Source: an uncultured Alphaproteobacteria bacterium
Lineage (GTDB): Bacteria; Pseudomonadota; Alphaproteobacteria; Rhizobiales; Devosiaceae
DNA: 64,000 bases
Direction of reading: 5' to 3'
Assembly: GCA_963848625.1 (NCBI GenBank)
Contig: CAWKEC010000004.1
Coordinates: 15,639 to 79,638, forward strand
Part shown: positions 58,514-64,000 of the stretch, one piece after another
How positions within the stretch are numbered: position 1 is the first letter of the stretch
Layout of the letters: every line of letters starts with the position of its first letter
Program-made: the position numbers and the translations under genes
Notes under the pieces: model-generated
Told to the model about the DNA's origin: nothing
Databases searched by the model: none
The model's input: only the letters and a program-made list of their open reading frames with translations

Positions 58514-59040
58514 ACATCGACGCCATCCCGATCGGCAAGAGCCCGCCCGACGACATCAACGTCATCATCGAGGTGCCGCTCGGCGGCGAGCCGATCAAAT
58601 ACGAGATCGACAAGGCCTCGGGCGCGCTGTTCGTCGACCGCTTCCTCTACACCCCGATGCGCTACCCCGGAAACTACGGCTTCGTGCCGCATACGCTGTG
58701 CGGTGACGGCGACCCGCTCGACGTGCTGGTGATGAATTCGCGCCCGCTGGTGCCGGGTGCCGTGGTGCGCTGCCGGCCGCTCGGCGTGCTGTTCATGGAG
58801 GACGACGGCGGCCAGGACGAAAAGATCCTCGCGGTGCCGGTGCACAAGCTCACCGCGATGTACGACAACTTCAACGACATCGCCGACATGCAGCAGATTC
58901 AGGTGGAGCGCGTGAAGCACTTCTTCACCCACTACAAGGACCTCGAGCCCGGCAAATGGGCCAAGCTTTCCCACGTCGGCGACGCCGCCGATGCCCGACG
59001 CGTCATCCTCGAGGCGATCGAGCTGGGCAAGACCGCCTGA
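58510..59040 (+). CDS. ppa: Inorganic pyrophosphatase
   Basis: [31 protein letters not shown]. Confidence 0.97.
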   Translation: MNIDAIPIGKSPPDDINVIIEVPLGGEPIKYEIDKASGALFVDRFLYTPMRYPGNYGFVPHTLCGDGDPLDVLVMNSRPLVPGAVVRCRPLGVLFMEDDGGQDEKILAVPVHKLTAMYDNFNDIADMQQIQVERVKHFFTHYKDLEPGKWAKLSHVGDAADARRVILEAIELGKTA

Positions 59041-59130
59041 AGTGGCCGGCGCGCGCCTCACGGAACGATGATCGGTTACAGGATTGTTCTTGGGACGCCC
59101 GGCGTTGATACCACGTCAGGAGTGACCTTC

Positions 59131-59316
59131 ATGCGCCTTACCGGCACCATCATCGGCATCATTCTCATTCTAGTCGGCATCGTCTGGATCCTGCAGGGCA
59201 GCAATCTGATCGGCGGCTCGCTGATGTCGGGCCAGAGCCAGTGGCTCTACATCGGCATCATCCTTGCGGCCGTCGGCATCGGCGTCACCTGGTGGGCTCG
59301 CCGCCGGCCGAAATAG
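59131..59316 (+). CDS. Small two-TM membrane protein
   Basis: AGGAG RBS; GIVWILQG...GSLMSGQSQW. Confidence 0.75.
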   Translation: MRLTGTIIGIILILVGIVWILQGSNLIGGSLMSGQSQWLYIGIILAAVGIGVTWWARRRPK

Positions 59317-59325
59317 ACTGCCGTT

Positions 59326-60252
59326 CTAGGCAGCTTCGCGCGCCGCACTGAACGCGACGCCGGTGCGCTCGACCGAGAGCTCCCAGAGCCGCCGCGCGGC
59401 CGCAGCGTCGTGCGCCGCCGCAGGACCGCTGACGCGACGCGGCGAGCCGCGCATTTCCTGGAAGCCGTCCGGCCCATAGTAGGCGCCAGCGATCGCTTCC
59501 GGCGCGGTCGCGGCAAGCAGAATCGGCAGCGCGCCCTGCGCCACCGGCTGCCGCACCGCCGGCACCAGCCGCGACAGGATACCCATGAGGCTCGTCGCGC
59601 CGGGCCCTTTGTCGATGAGATCGGTGCGCGCGACGCCCGGATGGGCCGCGAGGCTGGTGATGCCCCAGCCATGCGCGAGGCTCTGGCGCTCGAGCTCGAA
59701 GGCGAACAGCAGCATGGCGAGCTTGGACTGCCCATAGGACGGGGTGGGCCGATAGGATTTCGCGAAATCGAAATCGTCGAACTGGATGCGCGCGCCGACC
59801 GCAGCGATCGAGGAGACACTGACGACTCGGCCATGTCCCGCGCGCAGCAGGGGCAGGAGCAACCCGGTGAGCGCGAAATGGCCGAGATAATTCGTGCCGA
59901 TCTGCAGCTCGAACCCATCGGCGGTGAGCTGCCGCCTGGGCGGCATCATCACGCCGGCATTGTTGATGAGCAGGTCGATCGGGCGGCCGGTGGCCAGCAT
60001 CCGGTCGGCAAAAACGCGGACCGAGGCGAGGCTCGCGAGGTCCAGAGGCTCGAACCGCACCTTGCCGCCTGATGCCGCTGCCGCGCGCTTCGCGGAATCG
60101 GCACCGGTTTTGGCGTTGCGGCCGGCGAGGATCACTTCGGCCCCCGCACGCGCCAACGCGAGCCCGATCTCATAGCCGAGACCGGTCGGCCCGGTGACAA
60201 TCGCGAGCTTGCCCGCCTGGGACGGGATATCGGCGACGGTCCATTTGCTCAT
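59326..60252 (-). CDS. SDR family oxidoreductase (retinol dehydrogenase-like)
   Basis: TGPTGLG, INNAGVM, GTNYLGHF, YGQSK, AHPG. Confidence 0.93.
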   Translation of the reverse strand: MSKWTVADIPSQAGKLAIVTGPTGLGYEIGLALARAGAEVILAGRNAKTGADSAKRAAAASGGKVRFEPLDLASLASVRVFADRMLATGRPIDLLINNAGVMMPPRRQLTADGFELQIGTNYLGHFALTGLLLPLLRAGHGRVVSVSSIAAVGARIQFDDFDFAKSYRPTPSYGQSKLAMLLFAFELERQSLAHGWGITSLAAHPGVARTDLIDKGPGATSLMGILSRLVPAVRQPVAQGALPILLAATAPEAIAGAYYGPDGFQEMRGSPRRVSGPAAAHDAAAARRLWELSVERTGVAFSAAREAA

Positions 60253-60272
60253 TTCTACCTCCGGTGCATTTC

Positions 60273-60309
60273 TGCATTTATGCAATATGGCACTTAGTGC
60301 ATATTTGCA
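60273..60309. promoter_or_regulatory. Probable TetR operators between the divergent SDR and tetR genes
   Basis: Palindromes TGCAT-TT-ATGCA (60273-60284) and GCAC-TTA-GTGC (60290-60300) in an AT-rich gap. Confidence 0.55.
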
Positions 60310-60338
60310 AGAAGGGCACGCTATGGCATAAGCGGCCC

Positions 60339-60923
60339 ATGGCTGAGAGCGAGGGACGACGCGAGCGAAAACGGCGCGAAACCAAGCAACGCATCGTCGA
60401 AGCGGGACTGAGCCTCTTCCGCGAAAAAGGCATCGAGGCGACCACCCTCGATGAAATTGCCGCGATCGCCGACATCTCGCGTCGGAGCTTCTTTTCGTAC
60501 TTTCCGGCCAAGGAGGACGTGGTTCTCGCCTGGCAGGATGGCGCCGAAGACGCATTGCGCGAAGCGGTGATCGCAGCGGCGCCGGGCCGCGAACCGCTCG
60601 CCGCAGTGCAGGAGGCGCTGAAGTCGCTCGCCCCGCTTTTCGCGACCCACAATTTCCTCGAGCTCGACCGGCTCATGCAGTCGACTGAGACGCTGAAGGC
60701 CAAGAAGGAACGGCATTTCGAGCACCAGACCGAAAGCCTGTTCGCAACGCTGACCACGCTGTGGCCGGACCCGTCGCAACGCAAATCGCTCGAGGTCACG
60801 GCCATGGTGTCGATTGGTTGCCTCAAGATCGGTGCACACAGCTGGATGGCCGAGGGCGGCCGGCGCGGCATCCTCGATTGCCTTGACGAGGCGTTCACGA
60901 CGCTGCGCGCGTTGGGCACCTGA
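60339..60923 (+). CDS. TetR/AcrR family regulator
   Basis: RRERKRRETKQRI...TTLDEIAAIADISRRSFFSYFPAKEDV. Confidence 0.95.
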   Translation: MAESEGRRERKRRETKQRIVEAGLSLFREKGIEATTLDEIAAIADISRRSFFSYFPAKEDVVLAWQDGAEDALREAVIAAAPGREPLAAVQEALKSLAPLFATHNFLELDRLMQSTETLKAKKERHFEHQTESLFATLTTLWPDPSQRKSLEVTAMVSIGCLKIGAHSWMAEGGRRGILDCLDEAFTTLRALGT

Positions 60924-60928
60924 AATGA

Positions 60929-60958
60929 CGAGGGCGCGACGTTTCCTCCGCGCCCTCG
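60929..60958. terminator. Hairpin between convergent tetR and MFS genes
   Basis: cgagggcgcg-N10-cgcgccctcg; no clear U tract. Confidence 0.4.
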
Positions 60959-60985
60959 GCTGACAACTCGTCTGAAGCGCCGGCC

Positions 60986-62473
60986 TTAGTGGCCGCCGGC
61001 CCAGCCGCCCTGCGGCGCGGGATCGGGCTTGCGGATGAAGAACGCCGTTATGACGGCGAACACCGAAATGATCGCGCCGACGAGGAACGCCATGCGGATG
61101 CCGCCGGCGAGCGCGTCGATATTGTCGAGCCCGCCCTGGCTTTGGGCCACCGACGCCATCACCGCGATGAGCAGCGCGACGCCGGCCGCACCGGCCACCT
61201 GCTGGATCGAGCCGAGCAGCGCCGAGGCATGCGAGTAGAGTTCGGGCTTCACCGCCGCGAGGCTGAGCGTGAACAACGGCCCGAACAGCAGCGCGAAACC
61301 CGTGCACATCACGAGGTAGCCGCCGATGACCAGCGGCAGCCAGGTCGTGGTGCCGACGAGGGTCATCCCCCACAGCACCGCCGAGATCAGCATCATGCCT
61401 GGAATGATCAGCGGCTTCGGGCCGATCCGGTCATAGAGCCGGCCGACGAACGGCCCGAGGAACGCCATCCACACGGTCCCCGGCAGGAGGACCAGGCCGA
61501 GATAGAGCGGCTCGAGCTTGAGCACGTTCTGCAAATAGTCCGGCAGGATATTGAGGCTGCCGAACATCGCCGCCATGCCGACCACGAACATGATGTTCGA
61601 GACCGAGAAATTGTACGACTTGAACGTCCTGAGATCGAGCAGCGGGTTGCCGGCCCTCTGCAGCGAGAACTGCCGCCAGACAAAGACGATCATCGCGACG
61701 ACCCCGACCGCGAGCGCAATCCAGGTCGTGGTCTTGTCCGACGCGGCATCGACCGTGCCGAGCCCGGACAGTCCATAGACGAGCCCGCCGAAGGCGAACG
61801 CCGAGACGATCACCGAGACGATATCGAGCGAGGCCTTGTGCGGGGTCGTGACATTGACCATGCGCTGCCAGCCGAGGACCAGCGCTAGCAGCGAAATCGG
61901 CAGCACAAGGATGAAGAGGTACTGCCAGGCGTGGAAGTAGCTGAGGATCACCCCGGAGACGACCGGGCCGGCGGCGGGCGCCAGCGACATCACGACGGAA
62001 ATCTTGCCCATCATGCTGCCGCGGTTCTGCGGCGCGACGAGGGTCATCACCGTGGTCATCAGCAACGGCATCATCACCGCCGTGCCCGACGCCTGGATGA
62101 CGCGGCAGGCCACCAGCAGCCCGAGATTGGGCGCAAAGATCGCGAGTGCCGTGCCGGTCGAGAACAGCGACATGGCGAGAATGTAGATGGTCCGCGTCGT
62201 GAATCGCTGCAGCAGGAAGCCGGTGACCGGGATCACCACCGCCATGGTCAGAAGGAACGCCGTCGCGAGCCACTGTGCCGCGCTCGGGGTCACCGCGAAC
62301 GCATCGCGGATCGAGGGGATCGCGACGTTCATGATGGTCTCGTTGAGGTTCACGACGAACGCCGAGACCAGCAGCAGGTTGATGACAAGGCCGTTGCGGG
62401 CAGCGTGCGCGGGATCGCTCGGCGCAAGAGCCTCAGGAGCGGGAGCGTTGGACGACAAGGCTTCGGTGGTCAT
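60986..62473 (-). CDS. DHA2 family MFS efflux permease (LmrB-like)
   Basis: LNETIMNVAIP, AQWLATAFLL, PLLDLRTF, GRLYDRIGPK; about 14 TMs. Confidence 0.93.
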   Translation of the reverse strand: MTTEALSSNAPAPEALAPSDPAHAARNGLVINLLLVSAFVVNLNETIMNVAIPSIRDAFAVTPSAAQWLATAFLLTMAVVIPVTGFLLQRFTTRTIYILAMSLFSTGTALAIFAPNLGLLVACRVIQASGTAVMMPLLMTTVMTLVAPQNRGSMMGKISVVMSLAPAAGPVVSGVILSYFHAWQYLFILVLPISLLALVLGWQRMVNVTTPHKASLDIVSVIVSAFAFGGLVYGLSGLGTVDAASDKTTTWIALAVGVVAMIVFVWRQFSLQRAGNPLLDLRTFKSYNFSVSNIMFVVGMAAMFGSLNILPDYLQNVLKLEPLYLGLVLLPGTVWMAFLGPFVGRLYDRIGPKPLIIPGMMLISAVLWGMTLVGTTTWLPLVIGGYLVMCTGFALLFGPLFTLSLAAVKPELYSHASALLGSIQQVAGAAGVALLIAVMASVAQSQGGLDNIDALAGGIRMAFLVGAIISVFAVITAFFIRKPDPAPQGGWAGGH

Positions 62474-62673
62474 GGCGTATCCTGACTGCGCCCTGGGGCG
62501 CGAAAGCGGTGCGTGGCATAGCAAGAATGCCGGACGCGGTAACGAGGGTGATGTGCAAACCCGGTTTGTGCGACACGCACGGGACCGGTGGGAGCCTCAA
62601 AGCGGCGGCTCAGGCGCGGCGGCGAATCATCGTTGCGTAGTCCTTCTGCTGACCGGGGAAGGATGCGACCTCG

Positions 62674-62694
62674 TGCTGACAGTCTGTGTCAGCA
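62674..62694. promoter_or_regulatory. Perfect operator-like palindrome TGCTGACA-N5-TGTCAGCA
   Basis: Seen directly in the gap upstream of the MFS gene. Confidence 0.55.
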
Positions 62695-62785
62695 GGGCGT
62701 CCCCTCTACACATCTCGACGTTTGAAGGATAGCCGAATCGACGCGCGTCTTGATCATATTTGCGACCCCATTCGGCTTGGGCGTC

Positions 62786-63364
62786 TCAGCCCTCCATCTT
62801 TGTCGCATAACGCGTCAAAATGATTCCGTCGTCGAACGTGCGGGTTTCGAGCAATTGGAGGCGTACGCCGGACCCTTCCGGAAACCAGCGAATGCCCCGC
62901 CCCAGCAGCACCGGGTAGGTCATGATTCGAATCTCGTCGATCAAGCCCGCGGGCAGCAATTCGTGCACCACCGAGCCACTGCCGAAAATCAGGATGTCAC
63001 CACCCGGCCGGGACTTGATTGCCGTCGCCGCCGCAACGAGGTCGCCCTCGATCAGCTGCGAGTTGGACCAGGTGGCCGATTTCAGCGTCCGCGAGGCGAC
63101 ATATTTGGGCAGCGAATTCATGCGGCTGGCATAGCCGTCGGGATCGTTGACCTCGGGCCAGACCGCGGCAAACCCCTCATAGGTGCGCCGCCCGTAGATC
63201 ATCGCGTCGGCGGCGTTGAGCTCGGCGATCTTGAAGGCGTCGCCCGCCGGACCGCGGTGATAGGGCTCGACCCAGGCCCCGAGCCCGGAGCCTTCCATGC
63301 CGACCGGGTCTTCGATGACGCCATCGACCGAGGCGTATTGCGTGACGATGATCTTGCGGGCCAT
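62786..63364 (-). CDS. Dihydrofolate reductase / RibD C-terminal family protein
   Basis: SVDG, GRRTYE, PKYVASRT, GSGSVV, YPVLLGRG. Confidence 0.9.
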   Translation of the reverse strand: MARKIIVTQYASVDGVIEDPVGMEGSGLGAWVEPYHRGPAGDAFKIAELNAADAMIYGRRTYEGFAAVWPEVNDPDGYASRMNSLPKYVASRTLKSATWSNSQLIEGDLVAAATAIKSRPGGDILIFGSGSVVHELLPAGLIDEIRIMTYPVLLGRGIRWFPEGSGVRLQLLETRTFDDGIILTRYATKMEG

Positions 63365-63449
63365 TTTTCTCTCCGAGCGTTGCGGGCGAGCGCCCGTTAC
63401 CCACGCGACGAGCGGCTGGAGCGGGAATCGACAACGGCGTCGTCGATGT

Positions 63450-63938
63450 CTAGCGCGGCGGTGGATGGATCGGATCGACCCAGTAGATTTCTTCCGGCGG
63501 CTCGATCGGCGCGATGTCGGGGAGGTTGACCACCACCGCCTCATTGTCGGAGCGCACCAGCACGCAGCTGAGCGGGGTCGCCGGATCGGCGTTGATCTCC
63601 TGGTGCGGCACGAACGGCGGCACGTAGATGAAATCGCCCGCAAACGCCTCGGCGACGAATTCGAGCCGCTCGCCCCAGCGCATCCGCGCGTGACCCGAAA
63701 CGACATAGATCACGCTTTCGAGGGCGCCGTGATGATGAACGCCTGTCCTGGCGTTGGCCTCGATATGCACGGTCCCGGCCCAAAGCTTTTGCGCCCCGAC
63801 CCGCGCCGCATTGATCGCCGCCTGCCGGAACATGCCGGGCGTCTGCGCGGTATTGGGATCGAGCCGGTCGCCCTTGACGACGCGCACGCCGTCGTCGCGC
63901 CAGCGCGGCTCCGGGTGATGATCGTGATCGCCGCTCAT
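63450..63938 (-). CDS. Cupin domain protein
   Basis: HHHGALES...YVPPFVPHQEIN. Confidence 0.9.
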   Translation of the reverse strand: MSGDHDHHPEPRWRDDGVRVVKGDRLDPNTAQTPGMFRQAAINAARVGAQKLWAGTVHIEANARTGVHHHGALESVIYVVSGHARMRWGERLEFVAEAFAGDFIYVPPFVPHQEINADPATPLSCVLVRSDNEAVVVNLPDIAPIEPPEEIYWVDPIHPPPR

Positions 63939-64000
63939 TTGCCCAGCGCCTTGAGCGCGTCGGCGATGGCGAGCTTGCCCGACGTGAGCTGCAGCGCCTT
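63935..64000 (-). CDS. 3' end of a gene that starts beyond the window
   Basis: ...KALQLTSGKLAIADALKALGK* with an ATGA overlap onto the cupin start. Confidence 0.65.
   Translation of the reverse strand, partial: KALQLTSGKLAIADALKALGK

Overview
GC-rich alphaproteobacterial chromosomal segment, most consistent with Hyphomicrobiales (Devosia-like). This is inferred from gene order: purH-heparinase-rsmB-DUF1674, tsaD-gpsA-yciI-EVE, hemC-hemD-COG4223-hemY, and an alpha-type LexA box. It is mostly core metabolism: sdhCDA, asd, leuB/leuD/leuC, argC, deoD, large NAD-GDH, purH with a ZMP/ZTP riboswitch, tsaD, gpsA, hemCD, ppa, tRNA-Thr(CGT) and the SOS cassette imuA-imuB-dnaE2. It also carries two type II toxin-antitoxin pairs (BrnTA, VapBC) and several families of short palindromic repeats. 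Many conserved genes carry single-base frameshifts, which most likely reflect unpolished long-read assembly errors. No CRISPR, rRNA, integrase or transposase was seen. The best leads are: (1) a Lys/Thr-rich leader peptide with alternative RNA structures upstream of asd, a candidate multivalent attenuator; (2) two paralogous PIMT-like SAM methyltransferases that both carry twin-arginine export signals; (3) a palindromic repeat inserted in frame into the PHP domain of DnaE2; (4) a repeat family whose 23-bp GANTC-containing core is inverted between copies; (5) a ~250-nt highly structured non-coding element upstream of leuD; (6) a FeeM-like N-acyl amino acid synthase coupled to a membrane GGDEF-EAL protein. 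All family calls come from motif recognition by eye; no searches were run.
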